The notes beneath the pieces are model-generated. The model ran no database searches. It worked only from the letters and a program-made list of their open reading frames with translations, and was not told the origin of the DNA. The position numbers were made by a program, and so were the translations under genes. DNA of 63,898 nucleotides, counting the filler, from Blastocystis sp. subtype 4 (Eukaryota), in the NCBI RefSeq assembly GCF_000743755.1. It is 3 parts of 3 records of this genome, joined end to end, with 100 filler letters (N's around TTAATTAATTAA, not from the genome) between each part and the next. Parts side by side here need not be neighbours in the genome. Positions count along the whole stretch, not along the records: positions 1 to 24,326 come from NW_014569344.1; 2 more parts are not named here. The stretch is one strand, 5' to 3'. Positions 1-13,417 of this stretch are shown here, in pieces; within the stretch, counting starts at the first letter, position 1, and the number at the start of each line of letters is the position of its first letter.

Positions 1-1419
1 TGACATTCCTGAATCTTATATTAATGTGTTAGAGTTAAAGAAACGGTTAATCGAGAAGAACAAGATTGACATGAAACGGGATTTCAAATTCACATTAACC
101 GATGAATCGGGAGAGAATGGTATGTGTTTGAAATTGAAAGAGTGAGAATTGTAGAGTATCTCGATGACGCTACTGTTATGAAGAATACTTCGGTACTATA
201 CAAAATTGAACCATTGAAAGATGGGGAAATTGGTATTATGCGAAAGATCAATTCTCTTGGAAAGAGACCTCCTCGAAGAGAAATGAACCTTGTATCGGGT
301 CCTTCGAATGTCCTTTCAACAGTTAGTAGTATGAATTCTCTTCCTCAAGGTTCTTCTTCCTTACGTCCTTTACCAAAGACATCTGTTCCTACAACAATAT
401 CGTTTGTTTAGATGATAAATAGAAATGGTGAGGTTGTTCATGGGAAAGATGAGATTCCTCCTCCTGAGTATCTATGCAGTCGATGTTATGTGAAAGGTCA
501 TTTTGAAGAGAATTGTCCAACTCTAATGGATAGTGATTGGTTGACAAAGATGCGTAAATGGAATGTAGTATTGTGACTAGAGTTGAATGATAGTTTATGA
601 TGAGTCGAGGTATTCCAACAGATCGATTGGTTCGTATTGAAGATCCATTGTCTGTAGAGACTCTTTTGAGTAAATGAAGAGAAGTGAGATAATGTGTTAG
701 AGTTGGGTAAGACAATCGTGCGTCATCCAATCTACAAACATTTATGTACTGTAGAGAAGATGAAGAATAGTCAACCAACCACTACAATGAAATGGAAGGT
801 AAGTAGTAGGTGTTCAGTGATTCTTCGTTCTTCTGGTGGTGTATTGAATTATTGGTTCTTGTCTTGTTTGCATGACGTTATCACGCAATTCACATAACAA
901 TCAATAAGGTTAATGGAATGAACTAAGAAGGTGTAGATGGATACACCAACGATCTTCTATTGTTATTCAGGAAACCACTTGATTGAAGATGCAGTGATTC
1001 TTCCTTGTTGTTGTCAGGTTATTGGTTGTCGAAGTCACATTCTGGATTTGGTAACAGGCAACAATTTGCTTTGTCCTAAGTGTGGAGAGAAGGTGACATT
1101 AACTCGGATTCATTCTCTTCCTGTATTGAATGAATCGATTCAACACTTTGCAGAGCAACTCAAGACACTCGAAAGGTTAGGATCTCTTGATGATTCGAGG
1201 AGTGGAAATGATCCAATATCTGGTCCAAATGACGTATCTTCTCGTTCTGATCCATCACATCATCAGAAACAGGAGGATACACGAGAAGTGTTGAGTGAGT
1301 GAAAGAGTATCTATTGAATTCTAGGTCATTCACGACACTCTCATTCCAGATATCATAGTCGTTCTCGATCTCGTAGTCGTTCAAGACACCATCACAGCCG
1401 AAATCAAAGATACCGTTGA
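1..1419 (+). CDS. RBBP6: RBBP6/Mpe1-like cleavage and polyadenylation factor (DWNN, zinc knuckle, RING-like, RS tail); 5'-truncated, multi-exon
   Basis: Spliced translation gives DWNN-like INVLELKKRLI...DFKF...EYLDDATVMKNTSV, zinc knuckle PPPEYLCSRCYVKGHFEENCPT (~455-525), RING-like CYSGNHLIEDAVILPCC...CPKC, and an HS/RS-rich tail ending at TGA 1417-1419. Confidence 0.8.
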
Positions 1420-1499
1420 TAGTCATTTATTGAAACAAATGTTTAGTTAATAGATACAACAATTGAACATTGTATTGTTCATACAGAGATAACAAGTAT

Positions 1500-3450
1500 C
1501 TCCCTCTAAGTTGTAAGTTTCCTTTCAAACCTACTTGTTCGCTTCCCTGAAGGTAATGGATCCTCTTTCAAAACAAATTGAATAGGAATAGGAGTATCTG
1601 GAAAACAAGGAAGTCGCATCTCTAAGAGTCATTCACCAACCTCAATTGAAACGCTTCAAACTAGCATTGGATTTCAATTCTCGACCCATGCAAAATAAAC
1701 GAGCGCATGTTAATGACTTGGGATTCTCTCGAATGAACTCTTTCAACCTATCCAGTTGTTCTTCACATCCTATTCTTCATCCAATCTTTCAAAAGAAACC
1801 TTCAATATCAATTGTATCTGATTTATTAGTCTTACTTGACAGAGTTGACTTGAAGGAGAGGGAGGATTGTTTTGAATCCACACAAATAATCTCCTCAGGC
1901 TCTATCATAGATTTTGAACTTGATAGATCCGATAGACTAAGACTACTCAACTCCTTCAGAACTCGTTTCTTCAACTGTCGAATCGAATGTCGGTTGGATT
2001 CTTTCATTGTTAGAAATACTCCATCATATGTGTTGAAACTACAAGAAAGGTTCAATACTGGTGTTGTTAAGGAAGTCGCAATGTGCCCAAATTCTTCTTC
2101 AGACATCGTGGAAAATGTTTCAATTGATTGTGTGTTAGAACAATATCACTTTGGATCAAACACGCTAATCACTCCCTTTCACAGCAGCTAGAAGTTGTTG
2201 TCGCATTTCCTATTCATAATTACAATTCATACACATTTACAGCTAATAATGCTTCTTTCTGTCTCATGGCAGTTGCGAATTCCTTCTTCATTTCTTTCAT
2301 CATTTCTTCTTTCTCTCTATTCTCTCATTCTCATTTCATATTCTTACTTTGCCTCTTGACTTACTCGAGTTACACTCTCATCCAAATAGTATTTCACTTC
2401 TTTATCACTTGCCATTTGATTATAAGCTGATTGAAGATCATTCTTCACTTTCAATAGGGCTGTATCCCGTTCTTCCACTGTCTTCTTCAATTCATTGACC
2501 TCTTCTTCTAACTGTTGTTTCTGTTTGTCAACTCAATAACTACACACTCACCTCCTCTTTCAACAATCGCTCTTCACTTAGAAGCTCGGCAGCATAACTC
2601 TATACTCAACTCATCTTTCTTCTCCTACACGTTGTTTTGCAATAGTTTCATTCAAGTGAATATATGTTCCATCTACAGGAAAATGAGATGACTCTTCCCC
2701 TTGTTTCACTTCACTCAAACACTGTTGAAGTCTTGGATGAGCACTTCCGAGATACTCGACAGAAAGTGGCTGACATAAATCAGAAAGAGAAGAACCTACA
2801 TCCAGATAGGAGAAAACATGAAGGAGAATGGATCGAGAGAGTTGATGAAGGAATGAAGGAAGAAGAGGATAAGAAGGAGCCAACACACTACACTTCATCT
2901 CTTTCTACGATTCTACTTCATATAAGCATATCGCACTGTACGCATCTCTTTCCGCATCCTTTCAATTTCCTTTTCCTTCTCTTTCACTTCTTCACCGATT
3001 GCCTTATTCCTCTCTTTCAGATCCACCATTTCTGCTTTACACATCTTTACTTCATCTTCTAATCTATTCATTCAAATATCAATCTCATCAAATACGCTTT
3101 TGTTCGTCGCAATTCACTTCGAATGGAATCTAACTCTTTCTGAAATTGTTCCTGAAGATTNNNNTATTATAGAAACACACCAATTCCCACTTGTGCCTCA
3201 ACAACTTGTAAACTACTATATCGTGCATTTGCTTCTTCTAAAATATGATTCTCTTGCTTCAATTGCAAGATTTGCTTTTCTAACGACTCTCTACACAAAT
3301 CACTCTTTCTCTTTCATTTGACTACTTGATCTGATCCTTTTCGTTCAGTTCCAATTGGTTCAATATCCAATCCACACAACTCCTTGCTTCTCCTAGTAGT
3401 TGGTATTGAAGAAGCATTTTGTTGAATTCATTTGACAGAAGAGAATCCAT
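1500..3450 (-). CDS. Hypothetical coiled-coil protein, multi-exon; boundaries approximate
   Basis: E/K-rich minus-strand ORF segments (e.g. 1789-2106); candidate start MDSLLSNEFNKMLLQ at 3450; small N run at 3161-3164. Confidence 0.4.
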
Positions 3451-3536
3451 AAGGGAATAGAGTATTGAATCAAAGAATTCGAGATAGAATCAACAAAGAT
3501 CTCTAACAAACACTCTCAATTTGGATACACTTATCT

Positions 3537-4521
3537 TTACTTACGAGCAATGTCGTAGTTCTTCACAAACCAATCCACTGTTTCCTTGATACCTTGTCTC
3601 ATAGGAGTAAACTTGTACTCAGGAAGGTATTTACGCAATTTTGCATTTGAAGCAGTCTTCTTGTACTGTCCATCAGCCTTCGTATGATCATACTCAATGT
3701 TGTGATAGTCAATCGCATCAGCAATGTAGTCAACAACATCCTTAATCGCCACTTCTTCATCTTCACCAACAGAGAGAATGATTGGTTGGATCTCCTCATA
3801 ATCACGAAGGACCCAAAGGATCAACTCGCCCATATCCACATTGTAAATGAACTGACGAAGAGGCTTTCCAGAACCCCAAACACACACTGGCTCTCCTGAT
3901 TGTTTCGCCTTGTAGAACTTGTGAATTAGACCAGGAACCACATGTCCTCCATCAATCTCATAATTATCAAATGGACCATAGATATTTGAGGGAATAATTG
4001 CAGTGAAATGACAACCATACTCCTCAGCGTACAAACGATCCAAAACCTCGATCATACGCTTCGCATAAGCATATCCCTCGTTCGAGAAATGTGGAGGACC
4101 ATTGTGAAGCATAGTTTCATCAATAGGATAGCTTGTCTTGTCAGGGAAAATACAAGTGGAGAGACAAGAAATCAGCTTCTTCACCTTGAACTCACGACAA
4201 AGCTCCATCACATTCATGTTCATGATCATGTTATCATTGTAGAATTCCACCTTATGAGCCATGTTATTGAACAGACCTCCGACCTTTGCAGCCAGATGAA
4301 TTACATGGGTGGGTTGATACTTTTCGAAAACAGCACGAGTCGAATCACGATCTCTGTGAGTGAATTTGAATACGAATGGACTACAACAAATCACAATCCT
4401 TAGAACTAAGAAAGATCCACTTCTCATTTGCTTGTTTTCCATCACCCTTCGTTCTCTCCAGAGCCAGCTGGATTCCGTGACCTACAAGTCCCGTTCCTCC
4501 TGTTACAAGAATTGTTGACAT
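3537..4521 (-). CDS. GFUS: GDP-L-fucose synthase (GDP-4-keto-6-deoxymannose epimerase/reductase)
   Basis: [14 protein letters not shown]ossmann motif, [37 protein letters not shown]; one short intron near 4356-4385. Confidence 0.95.
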
Positions 4522-4647
4522 TGGTTGATCAAAAGTGAAGTCATCAGGTATCATTGAAACGGCACATGCGTTTCTACGATTCCCCTTTTCCTTAAACTGT
4601 ATTTTGACAAACACAGTAATTATTTCAAATTACCATATTTTTATTAT

Positions 4648-5564
4648 CTAGCAGGTAGAAGACAAGAGCATTTCTGTTAAACTGAGTTCATAACAGATCT
4701 TGCGTTAACGGACATCCAAATAATTACGTGACATAAACCACACGTAGTACTTGTGTTAAATGCATCTAAGGATTCGGAATTACAATCGAGGATTCCAATA
4801 GTATAGGTTCCTGTCTTCTATAGTTAAGAGTAGACCATGCTGTTAACATCGAATATGGGGATGCAGATTTGACTCATAGATAGTGGTGCTGCTTGTTGAA
4901 TATTCTACTCCTCAGTCAAGCTCAGGAGAGTACATATTGGCGTAAATCTGGGGAGTATCGGATTTTTCCATACATGGAGCTCCAGGCACAGTTGTTTATT
5001 TCGACCCAATCGAGATTGAGAGGGATGACAGGCCGTGAAACATCTCCTATATAGCTTTCCTTGACAAGTCCCCATTCTGTGGAGTCCACTCCTTGCATGA
5101 GACGAAAGAGCCCGACCCAATTGAGAGCATATAAAGATGCTAGAACTTGAAGTATCCTATGGAGTCTCCACAGTCTTTGTGTCATAGGGTGAGATCTGTA
5201 GTCCTTTGAAAATGGAATGGAACAGCGTGAATTATTTTGGGAGAAGTATCTAGATGGGAATGAATCGAAGTTCATACGCATCAGTAAGCAGGTTAAATGG
5301 CTTTGTCTTGGGGTAACCAACAACAAAGGAACCATTACTAGGGATCTCTGGCACTGGGTAGCTAGATCATTGGACAATGGCTACTCCTACATGTATAATT
5401 CATCTGCTTCGTACATCTTCAGTTTCGGTACATGCATCTGGACATAGGGAAAGATGGATGGATACTCTTCGTGAGGAAGGATTGATGGAATGGGAGCTTC
5501 AACACTCTACATCAGTTTTAGGAAATTCAAATACTCGGAGATACTTCTGAAATGAAAACTCCAT
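4648..5564 (-). CDS. Stand-alone GAF-domain protein (fRMsr/MsrC-like fold), multi-exon; 3' end approximate
   Basis: NWVGLFRL...LVKESYIGDVSRPVIPL and spliced SQICIPIFDKTGTYTIGILDCNS..DAF match the GAF pattern WxGxY...SExxVP...IGVLDxDS. Confidence 0.55.
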
Positions 5565-5648
5565 TAGAATTGAGTTAAGAGGAAAAACGAAGATGATTGA
5601 AAGAAACAATTCAACTACAAGTACAATCACGGGGAAGCTGTTAACAGC

Positions 5649-7343
5649 TTAATTCACAAAAATACGTTTCATTCGCACGACTTCCCGACCATTTTCAACA
5701 TCTATATGCTTTTCGAAGAATACAGGTCTGTACTGTTCAGGAAGCTGCATAATTGCCCAATCTTTACAGAACTTTTGCATATCGCTACGACCCTAGAATG
5801 GATGTCGTTACAAACACTTACTTGCATTCGTGCATAAAACACTTCACATACTTTGGTACTTGACGTATTTGGCCATCGTTTGTTATTCAACTAGACTCAA
5901 ACCCGCCATTAATCCTTACACATTTGTATAAGTGAAGTAGACTATCAGAACTGGTTACAGATACATATCCAAAACCCAAATTGCAATTCGTTTCAATATC
6001 TACTGGCATGTAAAAGAAATCATATTGATTGGCAATATGCGAATCTAAAATTGTAAGCATTTGCTCTTGCGTAAAACTAAAAATGAGAAAAAAGAATAAA
6101 TAACGACTCATTCGGGATATTCTTCAACATCAGAGTTAATCGAGGATCCTCTCCAGACCGAACCTTATTCAAGTCAATTCGATATTTCGAATAATCCATA
6201 TTGCGTTTCGGTTTCTGGCCTGAAAAGACACGAGGATTGACATTCTATACTTCAACCGTAACCAACATTCAAACTGGATCGATTGCGTCTGGAGACTCTA
6301 AAACAGGCGTTTCAGTAAACGAAGTTTGTTTCTTGGAATCTAACTTTGACACTCCTCGAGATCCTTTTGAGAGATTTGATAAATAATTGGACTTACGATT
6401 TGAATGAAAGGAATTTGGATGGTATGAAAAAGGACTGGATTCATGTGCCGAATAGTAATCAGCGCCATACTCACTGGAATGAACATTCGAAGATAGTGAG
6501 CGTGATCTTTCATGCAAATAATTATCACCAGAAGAATAATCCGAATACAAAGGTACAGAATACACTTCTGAAGGATCTTCGAAGAATTCTTCTCCAATGT
6601 TTTGATCAATTGCAAAACCACGGGGACGAGAGTAATTGATTGCGATTGGAAACGGTGGATCACCATAATGCATTGTATTACGATCTGAGTAGTGTATAGG
6701 AACTGCTGGTTCACTATTGATGCGTTGATTTCGAGTATTCATGGGATCCATTGAATCGTCAAAAGGAGAGTATGAATGAATGAGAGAAACATCATATGTC
6801 GCTCTTCTACCACTTGGAGTTGAGAACATTCTTGAATAACTCGAATATATGGGCATAATAGAAGTCTCAGGAAAAAAGGAATCCTCATTGAGAACTGTTC
6901 CGTATCCTAAATCTGGAATAGGTGCCGGGTTTTCATACGAGAACTGAGGAATATCAGCAACTGGTGACAAATTGTTGCATGATAAAGATAAATACGGATT
7001 AGTAGAATGAGGATACTTATTCTTATAATTGCGATTAAAAGAACGAATATATGAAGATCTATTCAAACTATTGGCATTTGAAGATCTAGGACTTCCTTAA
7101 AATGATTTACCTAACAGTTATATTACCTGGAGAATTAACACAATAATCATTGGTTAGATAATCATGTGTACAGGCTGAACCTGACGTTGTATCGTTAAAA
7201 TAACTCTGATGAGAGGCTGAAGATAGTTTACGTGTTGTTTGTGATGATACATTATTCTATAGTTAACTTACGACAAAAAGCAATACAACGCTAGAAGTAG
7301 ATTGAAATCCATACTTCTCATTACCAGAAGTAAAATTATTCAT
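5649..7343 (-). CDS. Mei2-like RNA-binding protein (C-terminal RRM3) with a long S/Y/N-rich N-terminus
   Basis: DPRLTLMLKNIPN, YDFFYMPVDIETNCNLGFGYV, RWPNTSSTKVCEVFYARMQG and YRPVFF are Mei2 RRM3 signatures. Confidence 0.85.
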
Positions 7344-7812
7344 CGACAAACAGAAAGAGATAATAGATAAGGAAAGAATGAGGATCATGCTTGTTTGTTC
7401 GTTACTTAGGATAATCCATGTGAATAGGTATGTTCTCCAAAAAGATTCTCTGCAATTATTGCCATGTTTGATTGAATGATGGTTTGACAACTCCATTCCA
7501 GCTGCACAAATAGTTATATTATTCCATTTTCCAATCATTGTGAACGGTTTCATATGTATAATGTGTATATGTTATGTTACGAATTCACTCTGTTTATCTA
7601 GCATGTAATATGAAAAGAAGATGTTAGTCCAATACATCAATGAGTTCGGTTGACTTATGTGAAGTTGAGATGCTTAACAAGATGAGTAACTAACCCATTA
7701 AAACACATGAATAGTTGCATACGATCGATTTCTAGCAAAATACACAAAAACTAAAGTCGGTACTCAGTTGCACTTTAAACTGTCATCAGTCTTATCTTGC
7801 TTAGTTCTCAAG

Positions 7813-10800
7813 ATGAGTAATAAATACCAATCAAAATGTGGTATTAACCTTGGATCTTTCATTGCAGTGTGCCACAAGTGGAATAACGTTGCAATGTCGC
7901 ATCAGGACTCTAACTACGAGATTGTAAGCAATGATCAAACTAAAAGGACATTCTCGTAATAAATTAACTGAACATGTAACAATTAGGTCTATGATCGCCT
8001 TGACGGAGAAGATCATAAATGTCGATGGTCATGTAAGGAAGCTAGTAGTGATCCTTGCTATGAATCATGTGTAGGATCGGAAAGCAGCCAATAGCACTTG
8101 TTATCTGCCTCTCAGTTTATTTAACCCCAAAACCAACCTTGAAGAGGAGGCTTTTTTCAACTTTCTGCCTATGGAAGTGAAGGAGAATCTATTACATTTC
8201 ACCTTTTCCTTAACTAAGGTCAAAGAGCAATTTTGTTATCCTGCTCTTTTGGGTTATGTTCTCTGGTTTATCTTTTACCGTATTGTACATACAGATAAAG
8301 ATCTTTACACGAATATGCATTCGATCATGCATGATCCTGATCGTAGTAAGCAAATCAAACAGTTGCAACCTGTAATAGCTGTATATTGATTTTGTGTGTC
8401 TATAAACTCTAGATCACACCGGTTCTATCATCTCAACAGATTCGTTTGCTTCGTTACACTATGAATTGTTATGGTCTTCCTTCATCATTCTTTGTTGATG
8501 AAGCTATCGCAATTGGTATATCATTTGGTTTTTTCCGAGACTTATCAGCATCTAAAGAGTATGAGCAAGTTGTCGTATTTCCAAATTGTGGAAGTGAGTT
8601 TTTGACAATAACTGTGATTCGTTTTACCAATGGTCGAATGGAGATGGTATATTCTGTTAGTAAGGATAATGTTGGTGGCCGGTACTATACAAAAGCAATG
8701 ATGAATGTTCTTCTGAAAGATATTGATGAACAGAAGAGACAAGAAGTGCTTTCGAATTCATCACTGAGAATGAGATTTTTTGATGCTGCAGAAAAGCCTA
8801 AGGCCACATTAGGATCATTAGATGTTGAACAAACTGATGTTCAAGTGATAAATCCGTTTGATTACGAAGATGAAGAAGACTTTGAAAAGGAAGTGAATCG
8901 AAGCGAATTTGAACAGGAATGTCAGAATATGAACTTAGATAGTAAGATTCGAGAGGCTCTTACTGAGACTGTTCAGGTATACTTCAATGAATCATTTGAT
9001 CCTTAGTTTCTCAATGATCATAAGCTGAAAGTTGATGATGTAGTACCTATTGGAGGGTCAATGCGTTTATCAATGCTAAAAACTCTTGTTTTGAATCAAA
9101 TGAGAAGTGTGATGAAGGAAGAGAAGCCATTGTGTATGACAGTGAACATGGATGAAGATATCAGTGCTGGAGCGTGTAGAATGAGTCATCTCTTTGTAGA
9201 CCATCGCTTAAGAATTGACAAACGTCTTCAAGATAAGGCCGTATTTCAGGATCTATCTTCAAGTGATTCTGTGTTTGTAAACGATGCTAATGATCCAGAC
9301 CCTTATGTAGATGGTTTGAATGATCAAAAGCGTTACTTCATCACATGTTCAGAGTACTATTTAGCTGGAATTGAAAAGAATCGTTGGCATTCATTAGACG
9401 ACATTACTGAAGATGAGGAGAGTCGAATGAACGAGAGTAGGATAAGCAAAGTATTTGTTATGTAGTTATTCGCAAGGATGTGGATCGACTTCTTGATCGA
9501 ACGAAAGAGAATGAATCTACAAATAGTCGAATCAGTAAGGCTCGCTCAGAAGCTGAGGGGAAACTGTATGCTATTAAAACTCAACTGACGAATTCTACTC
9601 CATCAACAGAGGTTGATGATGCACTGAAGAAAGTGCGACTGCTCTTAGCTCGGGTCAGTCGTACAAACACTTTTGCTACAGCCGAATCCACAGAATTACT
9701 GATGAAGGACATCCAATCATTGGATAGCGAAACACGTTCTCTACGTGAATCAGCTTCACCAAATCCACGTCCTTCTCCTCGTTCTTCTACGGAACTTAAG
9801 TCTAATTTGATATTCAATTCACGGTCTCAACCTATGAAAGGATATCCATTGAACACTCCTGCAGGTCGTAATTCCGTACGGTATACGCAACAGGATCATG
9901 GGTCATCTGTCATTCAAGGAAGATACTCTGGTATTGTTGATGCTAGTATATTGACTCAAATCTCTGAAAGACGGCAATCAGAGATACCGAATCAGGACGC
10001 ACCGAATATTGCTGATGTACTGGACTCATCTCAGAATCCCTTCCTTCCACCGAGTGATTTTTCAGGCACTATTCTACCAACAGGGTTCCAGAATGCTCGT
10101 ACTCCTCTTCTAGGTTCGCTGACTCCAGCATCCCAGAATATTCAACCTCCTCCAGTACCCGCAACATCTTCAGGATCTCATGCTCCTCCAGTACCTCCAG
10201 TACCTCCAGTACCTCCAGCTCCTCCAGCTCCTCCAGCTCCTCCAGTACCTCAGAATCTTTCAGGATCTCATGCTCCTCCAATTCCTCCAGTTTCCACTAT
10301 TTCTACGAATTATCTTCCATCCAAACGTGAGTCCATGGCTAAGACTATTGTTTCGGCTGAATCACATCCAACAAGTGTGGTTATGCCATCCAAGGTTGGA
10401 TCCTCTTCATCTTTTGGGATTTCAAAATCTGACTCATATGCAAGTAATCATTCTTGTCCAGGAACCCCTAAGCCTGTTAACAGTCCTTCTCTTCGTCCAA
10501 GAAGTCCTCCTCCTAGTCCTCCTATTCGTCCAAGAAGTCCTCTTAGTCTTCCTACTCGTCAAGGAAGTCCTCCTCCAAGTCTTCCTACTCGTCCAGGAAG
10601 TCCTCCTCCTAGTCCTCCTCATTCAAGAATCTCTAGGCCCAGTAATTGCTCTTCTAGTGTGTCTAATAACATAGGTCAAATAAAGAGTAGGACTGAGTCG
10701 GTAGAGGCCCTTAGTGATGGTTCGGATGATCCTAATGGAGACCCGGTAGAGTTTTGCGGTAGCATCCCTAAATCACTTCATTCTTGTGATAATCAACAAG

Positions 10801-11645
10801 AGAGTGAAGCAAGACAATACGATGCTCAGTGTAAGCAAAGTATCATTGCCTCCTGTAATCTTCAAGCCAATGGTGATGCATCTCCTATTCTTCCTCCTGC
10901 TTCTGTTTCTCTTCCTCCTGCTGTTCCTTCTCTTCCTCCTTCTGTTTCTCCTGTTTCTTCCATTCCTGCTGTTCCTGTTCCTCCTTCTATTCCTTCTGTT
11001 CCTTCTTCTGTTCCTCCTCCTGTTCCTACTTCTACTTCTACTTCTGTTCCCTCCGTTCCTGCTGTTCCTCCTTCTGTTCCTCCTTCTGTTCCTCCTTCTA
11101 CTTCTGCTTCTGTTCCTTCTGTTCCTTCTGTTCCTTCTTCTGTTCCTTCTTCTATTCCTTCTGTTCCTCCTTCTGTTCCTCCTTCTACTTCTGCTTCTGT
11201 TCCCTCTGTTCCTGCTGTTCCTGCTTCTGTTCCTTCTGTTCCTGCTTCTACTCCTGTACCTGCATCTGGTAACCAAGGGAAACCGAAATCGTTCGTGAAT
11301 GTCCTCTCATCATCAGTGGATAAGAATGCCAAATCCAATACATACAATCATGAGACGGATAAGAAGATAATAAATGAAGAGATCCAGAGTGCTGATAAAG
11401 AGATTTTGCTGCATTCAGGTGAGACTCCTTCTGGACCCAATCAGTCATCATTAGAGAATGTGACTATCGTTCCAGAGCAATCTCCAATCAAGGAACAACC
11501 ATTGGAGCAGCCTCCAGATAGTAAACTAACTATAACTACGACTCAAGAAGATATACCTCCAGAGGCTGTATATGAGGAGGACCAGAAACAGCAAAAGGAA
11601 AAAGAAGAAACTATTAGAAGGGGCTGTGGTCGTTGTAGAAGATAA
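7813..11645 (+). CDS. Atypical Hsp70/Hsp110-family protein with a long Pro/Ser-rich C-terminal extension
   Basis: GINLGS, IVSNDQTKR, VDEAIAIG, VGGRYYT, AEKPKATL, PIGGSMRL and NMDEDISAGA are degenerate Hsp70 NBD motifs; spliced into the 721-aa ORF 9480-11645. Confidence 0.7.
10170..11260 (+). repeat. Coding low-complexity repeats (CCTCCAG(T/C)A 9-mers, RPxSPPPS units, GTTCCTTCT-like units)
   Basis: Direct tandem repeats encoding PPV/PPA, RSPPPSP and VPS/VPPS. Confidence 0.9.
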
Positions 11646-11702
11646 AGATATTCTTGTGAGTGACTTCATGAATATTGTTTGTTTGAAACAAAGGATTGAT
11701 AA

Positions 11703-12880
11703 TCACCTACTCATTCCTCGGATCTCTTCTTCAATCTCTTTGAGCTGCTGGAGATGCTTATTCTCAAAATCAAAAATAGTTGTCTTCTTTTTCTCATTCA
11801 AAGCAATTCGTTGCTCTTGAAGTTTCTCTTGTACTTCTAAGGACTTCTTCACTGCTTCTTTTGCCTCTTCTAGGCTACATTCCAGTGACCAGATCTGTCG
11901 GAAACAACTATCAATCTTATGTCTTAATCTCGATACATCTTGAGCTGCAGGCTTGTCCAAATCAGCAATCTGCTGATGAAGGAGGTTGATATGTCTGATC
12001 TTGTTCATCACTGCATCCCGCTTCTCATGCACAAGTTTCAACATAATTTCTCTCTTTTCTTCTTTGAATTCTTCACTATCTTCTCCTGTCCATGCTTCTG
12101 GTGGCACTTGAAGAATGTCATCACTGTCACTATCACTTAATATTACAGGGTTCAATTCCTCTGCTGGCCTTTCAGTTGGATCTTCCACTAACTCCATCAC
12201 TTCGCTTGCCACTATCACTTCTCCTGATTTCTCTTCTCCAGAAGGTTTATCCACAGAATTTGATTCTACAAGGTCCAACGTGATTTCATCTGATTTCTTT
12301 TCTGCAACAAACTTTTCAGGCCCCATTTCATCGGAATGACTCACTTCTGGTTCCTGTTCTGGAACTATCTCTGCAGTATTCTCCTGTAAGTCCAGAATCG
12401 ACTCTTTTGGTGGCTCTTCAACTGGAAGAGTTGTTCCCTCAACTATCCCCTTCATTTCGACACGTTCTTCGTTGTTACTTTCAATGTTTTCGACATGTTC
12501 ACTGGAAACCGGCTCTGTTTTATCCAACGTCATTTGTCGACTGAAGAGTACCTCTTCTTCATTTTCATTTGATGAGTGCTCAGGTGGTGATTCCACCACA
12601 TCATCTACGAATTACAAGGTAGACAATCAATTACTTTCTATAGCCTCATTTCGAACAATAGAAAAAGATAGTTCTTCTGGAGTAGTTGGATTGGTTGTTT
12701 CCTAAAAATGGTATTAACAAGTGGAGTTATCCTACATTCATGTTTGGAATACAATAAACTATCAATAAATAATGAAAACAGAATACTGGAACAAATCAAT
12801 GATTGTTTGACACCCGAATATCTTGTTCTTTCTATTGAAAAGATCCTAAGGAATCGAATAGAATATGTTTTCAAGTGACT
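11703..12880 (-). CDS. Hypothetical acidic coiled-coil protein; start uncertain
   Basis: 298-aa ORF 11703-12599 with an E-rich region and a heptad C-terminus; short upstream exons. Confidence 0.5.
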
Positions 12881-13021
12881 CCATATAATAAGTTTATCGG
12901 TGAAATGAAACCGTTATGCTAAGGAACTTCTGTAGCATTTCAGATTCGTCTCTGTGTACTTATAATCTTCTTCCAGTCATTTTGCGTAAGTATTCTACAG
13001 CGATACTGACGGTATTAGCTC

Positions 13022-13374
13022 ATGTCTAATGAAAAACAGATCCATTCTTCAGATCCTTCCTATCTGACTGCAGGTGGTAATAAGTGCAAAGAGATAAGAC
13101 GATTCTTCAATAGGAAAACAAGAGTTACGATTGATGATGGACGAGTATTTGTTGGAGTATTTCATGTAGTGTTTGTATTGACTATATGATTTATAGTCAC
13201 TGGATTCGTCTTCAGGAGTAATCCTTCAGAATACAAAGGAATACTTTCATTACGGTAGGAAATGCTTGGATAAACTTGACACTAGGTGATAAAGAACAAG
13301 AATATTGTCGAGCTGCAGGAAGAGTCTTTATTCATGGAAAAGCAATTGTGAAATGCGAAGTGATCAGCGTTTAG
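13022..13374 (+). CDS. NAA38: Sm-like protein, NatC auxiliary subunit NAA38/LSMD1/Mak31-like; absent from the ORF track
   Basis: Splicing introns 13166-13196 and 13255-13285 gives FFNRKTRVTIDDGRVFVGVFHSLDSSSGVILQNTKEY (Sm1) and RAAGRVFIHGKAIVKCEV (Sm2). Confidence 0.7.
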
Positions 13375-13417
13375 TCTTTTTTAGTGCTTGTTGTTTTTTT
13401 ACCATACTGATGTTGTA

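Noticed and set aside
10773..11347. Poly-Arg, poly-Leu/Phe and GTE-repeat ORFs
   Set aside because: Shadow frames of the Pro/Ser/Val coding repeat
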